Origin: Takakia lepidozioides
Taxonomy: Eukaryota > Plantae > Bryophyta
Length of the DNA: 64,000 bases
Assembly: GCA_030704615.1 (NCBI GenBank)
Contig: CM060732.1
Span: forward strand, 41,726,001-41,790,000
Reading direction: 5' to 3'
Positions 1 through 12,961 of this stretch are shown piece after piece (position 1 is the stretch's first letter; the number at the start of each line of letters is the position of its first letter). The translations under genes were made by a program, and so were the position numbers. Below the pieces are notes generated by a model that was not told where the DNA came from, did no database searches, and saw only the letters and a list, made by a program, of their open reading frames with translations.

Positions 1-1930
1 CCGATTGATTGACCAAGATCATATTATAAAAATAACAGAAAATATATAATTAATTATTTTATATAGTTTCCCATTTTTTAACAGTTTTCTCCGAATAATA
101 AGTAAACAGAATAAAATCGAAAAGCTCAGGCTGTTGGGCTCGTGGGAATAGGTAATCAACGAGTTTTTGTAGCCAGCGATCGGTTGTGATTGGGCTATCT
201 TTACTCTCTTGGGATTTGTTTATTATTATTAATAACGATAAATATATTAGTTTGCGGATCTGACAGGCATCTGCCGGGGTTCGGCGCCGCGTAACTGACG
301 GCGCCGGTCGCCGGTCGTGTATGCATAAAGCCCTGGCGTTCGCGTTCTGTCTCGCAGATCCTCTCCAGCATTCAAGCGTTGGACATCGCAGCGACTGTAA
401 TTGCTGCCGCCATTCTGCTCCACCTAGGGTATATTGTTCCGATTCATCTCCAGGGGTACCTCCTTTGTAGTGATCTACAAGGGGGACTCGAAATCAGTCC
501 GGCATCCAGTGATGGAATAAGTTTAGTGGAATGCAGTACGGAGGTTTGTTGTGTTTAATGAACGGCTGGCAAGAGCCACGAAAAATAACCCTGCGCAGCC
601 TAAATTCTGTTTGTGCTGGCGACGAGCTGCTGGGAGTGAGCGTTTTCTGGCCTGAACTCCGTTTTTATCTCGCAACTTCGTGACCGATCACTTTCGCAAT
701 CAGTCAGATCAGATCTTGTGGGAAGTTGTGTATCCGCAGTGTACGCTCGTGTACACCCTGAATGAAAGGTGATGTTCTGGTTGCAAGTGTGCTCGCTGTG
801 ATGAGCTGGTGATTATGCACTGTTCTTGCGTGGTACATGCTGTCCAAGGGCTGACTGAATGTCTGTGGAAGTCGGCTTCGAATCTGGAGGGAGAAAGGCC
901 TTTTCAGACCTGTGTTCGCTCTTAGAAGGACTATTCCTGTGACTCCATATCGGCGGCAGGGCGTGCTTGAGGCAAGAGAAGGGTCGTATGAAGGGATGCC
1001 GTCTGGTCTTGTTATTTGAGAAGAGATTGGATTCACTTTACCTCAAGAGGCATAGAGGTAGGGAAATTCTCAAGATTAGCGCATTGTATTATCTCAATTA
1101 CTGCGCGTTTGTATTTGCAGGCATAGATTTAGATGCTGTTCTGTTCCCTCATTGGTATAACCAGTCTTCTTGGAATGGTCGGAAAAGTGCCCCGCAGTCC
1201 AGAGACACCTAGAGAGTATCAGTGGGAGACATATTCTACTGTGGTAAAGACAGGAATCAAGAAAGAAAGGAAGGGAGGAAGGACGGGGTTTCGATATAGC
1301 GTCACTGAGATAACGTGCGGAAGAAAAGCGGGGGACAGAGAGACATCTGCAATACTTTATGATTGTGCTTGTCTTGATATCTGGTGTGGTTTGGTGATTT
1401 TTGCAGGTCCTAGTGATGATCGGTCTACAAAAAGATCTAAAACGTACCTTGTGAGGCACGTTGGTCACAGTGTTCCTTGCCAGAGAGGACATTGTAGTGG
1501 AAGGACAAGGACATCTCCTAGATTAGTTATACCACGAAAGAAACAGTTGATAACCTGCTACTCAAGAATTCGCATAGGTATTCTGTTGGCAATGCAGACA
1601 TGAGGCGTTGTCATATATTCGTTTGAAGTCTATACAGTTGCTGTGCTTTTGTATGTTAAGAGACATCGATCACTTTCTGGATTGTAGTTTGATTAATGTA
1701 TGCTCTGTGCTCACCAGTTCAAGCAGTTTCAACTGATGCAGCATTTGCCTTTCCAGATTTGCTTGCAAGTATTATTATTCCTGATTGATCCAGCACGAGT
1801 TGTACACATACTGTTTATGGGGAACACCGTCTTCTGCATACAGTAGAAAGGCTTCAATTCACATCTTTAAATTTACCAGTCAAAGTGCGTAGGAGTGTCT
1901 CATTAGCTATACATCCCTCAGCAGAAGGAA

Positions 1931-4900
1931 ATGGAAGGACCACGCATGCCCCAAATAGTAGAGACTTCAGCATCCAGTATTGTTGGCAGAGTGGTGGTGG
2001 GAAAGAAGGCAGACCTCAAAAATTGGACACACAGATTGGCGCACTCAGGAGGGAGTAATGGCCGCACATTTGATCTCAAGGTCATAGCTTCGGGTTCAAA
2101 TGGCTCTCATGTTACGAGCACAGAGAGGGCCTGTTGTGTGACATTAAACATCCTCGAGGCAAAAGACTTGAAGAAAACAGCATCAGGGCCCTACGCAAAA
2201 GATCCCATTTTCAAAGTGACAGTGGAAAATGTTCTACGGAGGTCAACTGGTATGAAAATGGACGTCAATCAGGTGCTTTTTCCAAGTGAAACCTGTTAGC
2301 AACTAAAATCGAAGTGAAGAGTAATGTAGTTTGTAGGTCGAGGATGTCCAAAAGATCGCTGTATCATTTTTAGCCAGAGGGGAAACCCTTGTGAGTCTCA
2401 TGAGTTACAGGTGTATCCCAATTGAGTTCATGCTTGTCTAAATGCTAATCAAATACCAAGTTTGTGGAGTGCTACTCTGATGGCAAGACCAGGGTTTGTA
2501 TCAAGTGGTGACTGATCCCTCACTGCCAGTAAACCCTACATGGATGTACTTTCCAAACCATTCATGTCAATTGTGGCAAACAACAACTTACTGTCATAGA
2601 CAACCTGTTCTATGTAAATAGTTCAAAAGCTCTTATTGCTTGAACCCCACCATCTGCACCTCTTGCGTATATTGGGAACAGAGAAATTGTGAGAGTTGTG
2701 TGTCATTCTCTCTTTCTTTCACTTCAGGTCAATGAGAAGACTCACAACATTCAAGTACATAGCAACAGATACATCTCGATATCCCATCAAAATGGTGATA
2801 AGCATGTCCATGGCTGATGAATGCAAGGTGGTATTACTGCATCACGCCAAAGACCATACCCTGTTGATCACTTATGGTGCTCTTCAATCCATATAACATA
2901 AGCCCTCCTGTTGCCCAACATGACTTGGTGTCCATCTAAAGTTGCAATCCCTGGAGTCAAGGAAGAATCAAAAAATTCTGTGTACTTGCACTTCAAACAT
3001 TCTTAAGTGCAGGGCATTGCTTTTCCCTGTCCCATTACATTGCCACAAGGGGAAGATGCCCATCTCTTGACCCTCTTATGGCCCTTTGGAGAATGCAAAA
3101 TGTGGCCATGGTCAGTGCACTCTGGCTAAGCATGAGACTTAATCTACGGCACTGACCTGTCAAGTAGTGTGAGATTTCAGAGACATGAATATCGTTGTGC
3201 TTGTTGGCAATTCTTGGACTCGCAATGCCCACATTGAGACCACTACTAACAGACTAAGAGCATGGCTATGGCCTTTCCCGACCCTATTGTCCCAGAAGGT
3301 CTGTCCTCTAAGCTAGTGGTCACTTGGTTGGTAGCTGGTCTGGTCTGTCTCCCAGAAGGGTATACACTTACAGCCCACCATCTGCACACACGGACTAATT
3401 GTTGGCTGGTCTCAGGATGGAGTCATCAAAGTGGACAAAAGTTTCCATTACGATGTCAGAGATTGGAAGACAGCAACACTCTCGGTGCATGTGGTGGCGC
3501 GTGGTATTCTGGGCATGGAGGAAGCCCTTGGGAACTGCATCAACCTTTCAATAGCGGACTTGTTGGTGGTATGAACTTTCTTCCCTCCTTATCTCTCTGT
3601 ACCTCTTTCCCTTGATGTTGAGATATTTTCCATTGCACTGAATGTAGTTTGGTTGTATGCATTGTGGGGGGTTTTTGGGGGTTAGACAGGGTGCCTACTT
3701 TGAATTAGCATAAATAGTGTAAAGTCCGATGTAGTCTAAAACTGAATCATGAAGGATAAACTGCTGTTTGTAGCAGAGGGGAATATATGTCATTTGGACT
3801 AATTAAGAATAAAACATCTTACTAGCATCTGACAGCAATGTGGCAAAATGATCTTCCAGGAGAGCACCAATAGGAAGGATGCGGAAGGGAGGTGGTACGA
3901 TCTCTTTTCAAATAGCAGAAACCGGATAATGCCTGGCAAAGTGCGTATGAAAGTATTGGTTGCAATGGCTGAACCTGAGCAGACAATTTCTGCCTTTGTT
4001 GGAACCTGGAATGTGGGGAATGCTCGTCCCCCAGAAGACCTCTCCCCATGGCTGCCAGTTGATGCAGGCTTCGAAATTGTCGCAATAGGTGCTCAGGAGT
4101 GTGATTATCAACCACGTGTCCCATTTAGTGAGTGCAGCAGGGATTGGACTCATACTCTGCAAACTCACTTAGGCAAGCAATACAAGCTGGTCAATGCAAC
4201 TTCCCGTGGTCAAATGCGGCTGGTTATTTTTGTTCGTAGAGATGCTGAAAAGGCAATCTCTGAAGTCCACAGTGATAGCGAGGCAACAGGGGTAGGACAT
4301 GTCATGGCTAATAAAGGGGGAGTAGGAATTGCATTCAAGTTCTGGGACACAGGGTTGTGCTTTGTGAACTGCCATTTTGCTGCCCATGCCGGACAATGTG
4401 ACGCACGCAACAGCAACTACAGAGAAATTGCAAGCCAGCTTAAGGTTGGCCTTCAAGGCATGGATATTCTGAACCAGTTTCACCATGTGTTCTGGCTTGG
4501 AGACTTAAACTATCGTCTGGACTTTGAAAAGGTGCAGGTGAAGCCCATGACACCTGACCGCACTTTCTGGACTAAGACTGTCAAGCAGATCCATGAAGGC
4601 CGCTGGGCAGAGTTACTAAAATACGATGAGCTACGGAAGGAGAGAGGAGCGTCACGTACTCTACATGGATTCAAGGAGGGAGAGATAACATTCCCTCCCA
4701 CGTTCAAAATTCAGCGAGACACCCTTGATCAATATGATCAGAAACGGATGCCTGCGTGGTGCGATAGGGTGCTTTGGCGCACTTTGCAAGGGTGTCATGC
4801 GAACCTGGGATCGTATTACTCTGCTCCTGATATTCTTACCAGTGACCACAAGCCTGTGGGGGCCACATTTCAATTGACGGCTTACGCCCTACCTTCCTCA

Positions 4901-5706
4901 AGCTCTGTAGGGGGTGATGAGGACGACAAAAGGTGGACAATCTTCCCCTTGCTCAGGGACAAATTAGATTAGCCAGTCTTGTTTTGTCAAAACAGAGAAC
5001 TGCTGCAAGGATCATACCTCGTCAGTCATAACTTAAAATGCATCCAGTCTGCGTGGATGAGACACAAATTAGTCACTTTACTAAAGATCTTATGTTGCGT
5101 AGAAAAGAGTCATTTTCTAGTTCTTTTTGGCTGTTTGACTAGTCTCAAGAGCTTACGATCTGATTAAGTTTGGGCAGGTGGCACATTCGTTTCACATCGC
5201 TGCGTGCAAAGAAGCTACGGGCCTCCGACATCAATGGCTTCTCTGACCCATATGTCTCATTTGTGGGACCTAACCTGTTCCAGGAGGCGCACACTAAAGT
5301 AAAACACCAGACCCTCAATCCTGTATGGAACCCTTTACATGAGCTTCCAACATTGGTTTTGAGTACATTTCCACTCGAGCGAATTGAGAGGGAGTACTTA
5401 CTACTTAGAGTACTTGACCGTGACTACACATCAGCTGATGATACTCTTGGGTATGGAGTTATTTCACTAGCACAAGCTGTGGCCGCTTTCAAACGGGGAT
5501 CACAGGACATAGCCCACTTTAAGGTGGGACTTTCCCACCATGGGTTGCCGGCGGGGACTCTGGAAGGGGCTATGAGACTCACATGGGAAAGAAATGTGGT
5601 CAAGCGACAGCTGGGTTTTCCTGAGGAGTTTGTGGGCCGCTCTTCTACCTTCAGGGAGACTTTGAAGAAAAGAATTTGTCTCACCAAGAGATACAGCACT
5701 AAATGA
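1931..5706 (+). CDS. C2-domain / inositol polyphosphate 5-phosphatase / C2-domain protein (~706 aa, SHIP-like catalytic domain)
   Basis: Hand-spliced join(1931..2272,3416..3568,3836..4932,5178..5706), all GT-AG, 2121 nt with an open frame. 5-phosphatase motifs: FVGTWNVG, NKGGVG, FVNCHF, FWLGDLNYR, FPPTFK, PAWCDRVLW, SDHKPV. N-terminal C2-like region (VTLNILEAKDL...DPIFKV...TLSVHVV). C-terminal C2 (SDINGFSDPYV...TLNPVWN...VLDRDYTSADDTLG). Confidence 0.9.
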
Positions 5707-5764
5707 CTTGCCAGGCATGAGCGCTTTAACAGATTAGGAGAGACTCCGTCATATGACTGCAAAC

Positions 5765-6773
5765 CACAAGAAGAGGGAATCTGTTGAGCTATGAGCAAGT
5801 CTAGCATTATTGCAGAGTCAACTGGTAATCAAAGTTTGGCACTGCATTTACTGTACCGAGTAACAGCCTCTTTTAAACAGTTTTTTTTCAGGCTTTCCTA
5901 GTCTGGTTCAGGAAACTTACCAGAGAAACTTCGGATGAGGGGACTCTGTGACCTAACAGACGAGTAATTGGCAGTTTTGCGGACACAATGAGGTCTCTTT
6001 GAAGGAAGATGTGCAAAGTCTGGAGATAGAGCAGTTTGTATGACTGCAACATCTGCAGTGAAGGTCGATATACGAGCTTTCTTGCGCCCCACAAAGCAAC
6101 TCTTGACTGTTTATCTTGAGCTTTGAAGGGTAAAGCCATGTCACCGGTATTGAAGCAGGGGTGGGATTGAAAGGATCCCTGTTAATTTCCATGTGGATCT
6201 GCTCTTCAAAGTACAGAACTCAACCTTTTAAGTAGCTGTCCTTACTGGATTGCCTTCTCAGGTCTAGTCAACTTGAGGAAGCGCAAGGTGTGTTAGATGT
6301 ATACTAAGATGTAAGCTTAGGTATTTCAAAAGTTAATGTCCACTTTCTGTAGTTAGTTGCGGCAAGGCAGTGGTAAGGCCTATTTGTAGTCATAGAAGGT
6401 CTGAGGTGATATTGAGAATTACTGCAGTGCAGAGAGAGATGTACTCATTACCATAGACTGATCTCTGACAGGGCCACAGAGCCCAAGCCCTTTTGGGACA
6501 AGCAGGAAGAGGGCAACATGGATAGGAGCATCAATGAACGTCACAACAGCGAAGAATAGTACTTTACCAGGACCTCAAGGTTCAATGCAATGTACACCAT
6601 CTATTTCCTAATGTTCTGAATATAAAGAGTCTGCTGATTGCCTGACTCAGGTATCACAGGAGTGATGGCACTATTTCTTCAGGAGGAGGGGGAGAAATAG
6701 CCCTTTTTTAAAATAATTGAATTGGGAAGGAGCTCTGAAGCTTTGTTGAGTTTCAAAAGAGGGCAAGCAATTA
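5765..6773 (+). repeat. Segmental duplicate A (direct copy at ~11173-12163)
   Basis: Near-collinear sequence from cacaagaagaggga to gggcaagcaattag in both places. Starts just 3' of the 5-phosphatase stop codon. Confidence 0.9.
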
Positions 6774-8545
6774 GAGGCTACGGCAAACGTCGTCTTATGA
6801 GTACATTCTCTCTCTCCCCCCCTCTCTCCCCATTCCCTCATGTTTTTAGGCAGAAGAAAGGAGGAGCACCTTGGGGGTTAAAGGCCAGGCCAGAAAGAAA
6901 GTAAGAGAAAGAGTTGCTCAATTCATGAGTGGGATATAATCTTAGTGTCCTACTAGATAAGAGATAGAAGTCGATGCAAGGAAACAATGGGCTCAAACCG
7001 ATCTAACATCACCTACAGCCCTGAGGAGATCAGACACTAGAAAAGAAGGTGGCTCAGACAGAGTGGGGAGGCATGTATTCAAGAGGATGATCAAGTTTAG
7101 GGCGGAGTTTGCAGTCATTTACTAGACACTGAGCATACAACTGCAAGAACAACTCATGCTGATGTAGAGCAACTGTGCACGATTCTTTCTTTGAAGAGGA
7201 TTAAGCATCAGGTCTGCATCACTATCACACCTCCAGAAAAGATTTGAATGGCCTCAAGTTACGACAAGGAGTAATGATTCCCAGAACTACATTCAAAATG
7301 TGGATTTTGTGGTTTGAAGCCAAGCAATTTGCTAGTTCAGCAGCACATGAGGGAAGGGGGTATCTCTCCCACCGAAGAGCTCTTTTTTGAAAGTGAAACT
7401 AGAATGGGTTAACAATGATTGAGCTAAAACATCCAACAAAATACCCAAAGAAATCAGTATAATTCAGTTCAAATTACAGTTTGCAAGCAATTCTCATCTA
7501 TGCTAGACATTGGCGGATTCTAGTATGAGGGTAAGCTAGAGTATGATCTTAGTGAACCGGTGTTCTGTAAGTGATCACCACTCCTTGCACCTTTGCAACT
7601 GTGCTGGTATACCTTAGTTCACACTCCAACACAAAAGCAACAAACTTGCAAACCTCAACATGTGTTCTGCAATGTAAGCATCATCACAATGCATGTTAGA
7701 CGGATAACAAAAACTACTTTCCCCTTCTAACTTCTCCCTTCAGCCCACAATGATCATATAAGGAGTGAGATAAGCTAGCACAATCCATCACCAGAGTTTC
7801 CCATCCGAGGCTGATGATTAGCAGGAAGAGTGAAGCTGCAAGGATATACACATCAATAAAACTACTTTCGTCTCTTGGATGGCGCTGCACCACTATTCTC
7901 CTCGTATTCCTCTCCAGATGATGTATCCAGAAGGTCTGCATCGGCATCTTCAAAGGGCACCTTGTGGCGCTGCAAGTATGAGGCCACAACCTCCATACAC
8001 TTCTCTTTCAAATCTACCAGAGAAGACGAGAGGGGCCGGTGCTCGCTGCCTTCGGTTATTGCCAGATGTTGTTCCTCTGAGCCCAGAATTAGGATCGCTG
8101 CAACGACCGGCCGAGCTGCTTCCCTTGGCTGGACGCCCTCCATTGTAGAAATAGCGTTGGCAGTGGGCACCTACATGCAATACAGAAATGGCTAGCTATG
8201 AGGGACTCATTAGCTCATGGAGGTGTGGGTGAAACTCTGCAATCAGATGACTTACAGAGAATTGAGTGTTGATTCCAAGACTGGCATTTCTTACACTGAG
8301 CATTTGGCCCCACTGGCGATTTTGGAAAAATGAAGAAAGAAAACACTGTAAAAGACCATCTTTGAGTCGTAGCTCCCCAGGCTTAACATCCCATGTTTCT
8401 GATCAACGCCCATCGTGGTGGGAAATCGATAGCCCTAAACTGATAGCTCTCTCTGGTTCCTACTGCAACTCTCTTTGCGCTGCGGGCTTCGACTGTTTGT
8501 GCCCTCTCCTCTTGGCGTCTGCCGAGCTTCTGCAATCCGGCCATC

Positions 8546-9004
8546 ATGGGTCGTATGCACAGTGGCGGGTGAGCTCTAGCTTCTGCTAACAGGCTTGCAT
8601 GTGTGTTTCTGTAGTTTGTTGATCCATGGACGTAGGGTGAATGTCTGTTGTGTAAGCAGTTCCTTTGCCTGATGTGCAGGAAGGGCATGTCCTCATGGGG
8701 CCTGCCATACAAGAGAACTCCCCACGGCTGGTTGAAGATCACATCCCAAGAGGTGGGCAACTCGCGAGATCCCGTTCTCTTCTCATGGCTGTGTATATTT
8801 AGCGTCGCGGTGGCGTTTGGGTGTTGTACTCGTGTGTTTGCAATCTTTTTCTGTGTGGGTGTTTCGATATGGTAGGTTGAGGACCATATTTGCAAGCCGG
8901 CAAAGAAAGGTCTGACGCCATCACATTGGTGTGATTTTGAGGGACTCTCATGGTATTGCGCAGCGTGACGGGGAGCAAGGTCCTCTGCATTCTCAAGGGC
9001 CATG
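8546..9004 (+). pseudogene. RPS13: 40S ribosomal protein S13 pseudogene, exons 1-3 only
   Basis: Exons 8546-8568 (MGRMHSGG), 8680-8752 (KGMSSWGLPYKRTPHGWLKITSQE) and 8876-9004 (VEDHICK..KKGLTPS, frameshift, [10 protein letters not shown]). Introns are retained and exons 4-5 are absent. Confidence 0.88.
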
Positions 9005-9015
9005 GTAGCGCTTAA

Positions 9016-9829
9016 CCCTTAAGTTCCCAAGCGACCTGAATCGGGTCACTTTGAATTTGCAGTTCGACCTAATTTTTGCAGATCTAATCTGATGGGGCCC
9101 ACTCCTGAAGCTTTAATGACAAGGGATTTGTCTGGAGTATGATGCAAAAAACAAAATTAAATTAAAAAAAAGCTACAACCCTCAAAAAATATCTTAGATC
9201 TCTCATTATTTTGGGACCTGAAAAAGGCTTGTTGACCACTGACTTGGCAGTAAACAAGCCCAAAACAGATTGCACTCCAAAATCAGAAAATTAGCAATTT
9301 TGGAAAAAGCACTTCACCTTGTGGTGTGTGAGCATTAGGCTACATACACACATCCACCATTGGCTTTTAAAAATTTTATAGAAAAAAAAGTACTTCATTT
9401 GGAGGCACATTTTCTCTTGTCAATTTTGAGATTTCAACCCCTATGTAATGGCATGCATAGCAACCATAGGTGAAAAAATCAGTTGGACCTGCAATTTAGT
9501 GGGGTCACGGCCACTCCACTATTGATTTGGAAATGGTGGGTCTTGGGGCAAGCAAAATTGGATAAAGCTACGTTTTGATTTGGTCAAACCTATTTCTTTC
9601 TCACTTTTTCTTTGGGACCTGATATTTGAGGTCCGGGCCAACGCTATAATCTCACAATTTGCACGGTGGACTTGGCTCATTTTTTGGTATGTCATGCATA
9701 AATGAGCTGGGCCCATTTCTATAAGGCTGGAATCTCTGGATGATTTTTGGTAGGTTTCTAGGAGCAATTTACTGCAGCTGGGTACCCCAAATTGGCAAAA
9801 AGTCAAAAAAGGGCTTGGGAACTTAAGGG
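9016..9829. mobile_element. Non-autonomous TIR DNA transposon, piggyBac-like (814 bp)
   Basis: Perfect 17-bp TIRs CCCTTAAGTTCCCAAGC (9016-9032, 9813-9829). TTAA on both sides (9012-9015, 9830-9833). The paralogous empty site gtagcgcTTAAacccttcc has a single TTAA at 16958-16961. No transposase ORF. Confidence 0.85.
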
Positions 9830-10019
9830 TTAAACCCTTCCTTATTTTTGCCCTCTGTATGCCACACTGCCAAGCCCTTTGCCAACAAGGGCTTAAACAG
9901 TGAGGTATCAGTGGTCAATTCCGGTAAAAGTCTTCTTCTGCTGTCGCTCTTGTCGAGATTTTGAAGGGAACTTCTCCTTTTTCCCTTAACCGTCAATCTG
10001 TTTAGAACCTTCCTGAAGT

Positions 10020-11435
10020 ATTATCCAATGTGTCATGTGCTGCTACATTCAATGCGGATAGTTTTTTTATTTTTATTTTTATTTTAAAACAGGGGACAGA
10101 GGCCCTTGTAAGCAGTGAACTACAGAACTACAAAAAAAGGGGTTACTTCCCCTCTTTATTTAAAAAAAACAAAAAACTACAGAATGCACAGATTGGACGC
10201 AGGCATGTTTACACAACAGCACAGTTTCCATCAGATATATGTCTCTAAAGCTCTTACTCCTGGAGGTGGGTTCCACTACTGGCCAGCATTGTAGGCCACG
10301 AAGATTAGAGAGCTCTGCTTGCATGCAGGTGTTCAACGATGCTTTTGGTTGAAATCTTCTTTTTTTCCTCAACAGCTAAACCTGGATACAGTGAATTTCA
10401 ACATGTGAAACACTGGGCCTGAGATGTATCAAAGGAACCACCTGTCTGAGGCTCAACTTCTTAAACTTCTAGGTTGGCCATGATCCGGAGAGTTCTGCTC
10501 ACTGGTAGAGGTGCTCAACAGGCGTGTGATACCTTGTCTTTTTGTCAATGAGTGAGAATTAATGGTTACTGACAGTCACAGATTTTTGCAAGGAGAACTG
10601 ATTCAATTATATACTAGGACACATCACACGGAATATGCTACTTTTTATGGTGACCATATGTAATCTGCCCAGTGCTGCAGATCTTGTGTGAACTCAGTCT
10701 TATCTCAAGGTTGCGTCCCATCCTCCGCAACTTCACACTCACTCAGGCTCCAGTGACCAGGCTCTGCTTTCTTTTGCAATCTTTTGCTTCGTGCAAAACA
10801 CTCTATGTATACTTAGTGAGTAAAGGTGAACCTTACAAGCTGGGTTTGATTTGTCACCGAGTGATGGCACCTCAGTTGCTGATACACCAAGAGGGCAGGC
10901 CGATGTTTTAGTGATGCAGTCTGCTGTTATGGTCTCGGTTCATGCCACTAATTTTGTCATTTGGACGGTAAACTGTGTGCTGATTCTGGGGTTACCTTTC
11001 TGGACGAATTGAAATACTTTCAATTCATTCTGCTATAGCTCTAAGTTGAAATGGAAGGCATTTCTGATGGATCGTTTGTCTCGTTGTTTGGTGGATGACG
11101 TTCGAGACTATGCTTGATGACCAGTCCACTGGGAGAGGGGCACACATTCTCTGGTCTGTATTTGGTTTTTCTCACAAGAAGAGGGAGTCTTTTATGAGCT
11201 ATGAGCAAGTCTAGTGCGATTATTGCAGACTCAACTGGTAATAAAAGTCTGTCACTGCATTAACTGTAGTAAGTACTAACAGCCTCTTTTAATAATCGAT
11301 TTTCAGGCTTTCCTAGTTTGGTTCAGGAAACTTACTGGAGAAAACTTCGACATCTGATAAGGGGACGGTGCGACCAAACAGACGAGTAATTGGCAGTCTT
11401 GCGGACACTGCAAGGAGGTCTCTTGAAGGAAGATG
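10020..11435 (+). repeat. Left arm of a ~1.4-kb inverted duplication (right arm ~19465-20887)
   Basis: The reverse complement of 19465-20887 aligns by eye along the whole length, e.g. gaggtgggttccact / agtggaacccacctc and tcaggctttcctagtttgg / ccaaactaggaaagcctga. Confidence 0.9.
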
Positions 11436-12163
11436 TGAAAAGTCCAGATGGAGATAGAGCGGTTTATGTGACTAGATGTGACTGCAACATCTGCAGTGAG
11501 GGTGGATATAACTAGGTTCCTTGCGCCCCACAAAGCCACTCTTGAATGTTCATCTTGAGCTTTTCAGGGTAAAGCAATGTCACCACCATTGACGCAGCAG
11601 TGGGATGGAGAGGATCGGGCTGTTAATTTCCGTGTCGGCCTGCTCTTCAAAGTACATCTAACGAGCATCTAACTCAACAATTTAAGTAGCTGTCCTTACT
11701 TGCCTTCTCAGGTCTAGTCCACTTGAGGAAGTTACAGCCGCTGCAGTCGTAAGCTGGCCTATTTGTAGTCATGTAGAAGGTCTGAGACACATGCTATTGA
11801 GAATTACTGCAGTGCGGAGAGAGATGTACTCATTACCTAGACTGCTTCTCTGACAGGGCCACAGAGCCCAAGCCCTCTTGGGACAAGCAGGAGAGGGCAT
11901 ACATGGATAGGAGCATCAATGAACGTCACAACAACGAGAGATTTGTACTTTACCAGTCCTGATCTGAAGGTCCAATGCAATGTACACCATCTATTCCTAA
12001 TGTTCTGAATATAAAGAGTCTGCCGATTGCCTGACTCAGGTATCACAGGAGTGATGGCTCCATTTCTTCAGGAGGAGGGGGAGAAATAGCCCTCTTTCAA
12101 AATAATTGAACTGGGAAAGAGCTCTGAAGCTTTGTTGAGTTTCGAAAGAGGGCAAGCAATTAG
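11173..12163 (+). repeat. Segmental duplicate A, second copy
   Basis: Matches 5765-6773. Confidence 0.9.
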
Positions 12164-12961
12164 TGTGAGAAGGGAGAAGTGCAAACCCAGGCTGAAGCCA
12201 AGGTGCAAGGTGCGAGCCAAATACAAAACTTGAAGAAAGCATAACAAGAAAATCCAGATGACATCCACAAACTCCATTTCTGAGTCAAGAGTAACAGGGA
12301 AACCCAAAGACTCGATTAAGTCTTCCGTTGACAGGGGTGAGACGAGGGTTGAGAGTCCGACTCGGTTTGCCAGAGGTGCCTCCATTGTGCAAATTAAGGT
12401 GTACCAGTGCCCATGAGCTGTTGTTGCTGCAGGGGTGGGGAATGCCGCATTGTATTCGTTATTGAATGATTCAAGTGATAGGGAATGCCGGTCGGTTTTC
12501 ATCGTAGTTCACTGCGCATATTGATCGAAGAGGAACTACAGGTAAGATTGCAAAGAACCAGCCTAACGCACCAAATCTCCATGTTCAAGACCGAACAGAT
12601 GAAGTTAAGCATATACTAAATGCACACATGAACCTGGTACTGCGTTAAGGAGAGGGAAAATTTCTAGATTGAAGTGCATGCATGCACTGGCAGCAAAATC
12701 TACTTTACACTGCTGAACGTTATTACACGACCGTTCCTGACAATGAGGAAGATGATCAATACACGAACGTTATTGACAATGAGGAAGATCACACAGGAGG
12801 CAAATTGAAATGTTGTATCCGTTTCATTGCATCGAATGGAGTACCAAATCATTACAGAGCAGGTGCGTGATGGTCCGCATGACCCACAGACTCGCAGAGA
12901 GTAGTATGCAAGAAACTAGCAAACATTTTGTGTTACTTCAATGCTGGCACACAGTCAGCAA

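Larger units (their letters stand above)
8230..10023 (+). repeat. Segmental duplicate B (direct copy at ~16167-17152), interrupted by the TTAA element
   Basis: Shared from gaaactctgcaatcag to cctgaagtatt. The second copy lacks 9016-9833. Confidence 0.9.

Noticed and set aside
704-1603. Several 80-156 aa ORFs upstream of the 5-phosphatase
   Set aside because: They overlap on both strands and have no recognisable motifs. More likely 5' leader or intron sequence.
2696-2896. 66-aa ORF as a constitutive exon of the 5-phosphatase
   Set aside because: Its phase does not fit the donor at 2272. Exon 3416-3568 fits and completes the C2 domain.
5888-6192. Recurrent ORFs ending VSFLNQTRKA (also 11303-11539 and 19236-19592) as a peptide family
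   Set aside because: The similarity comes from DNA duplication, and the reading frames are not preserved between copies.
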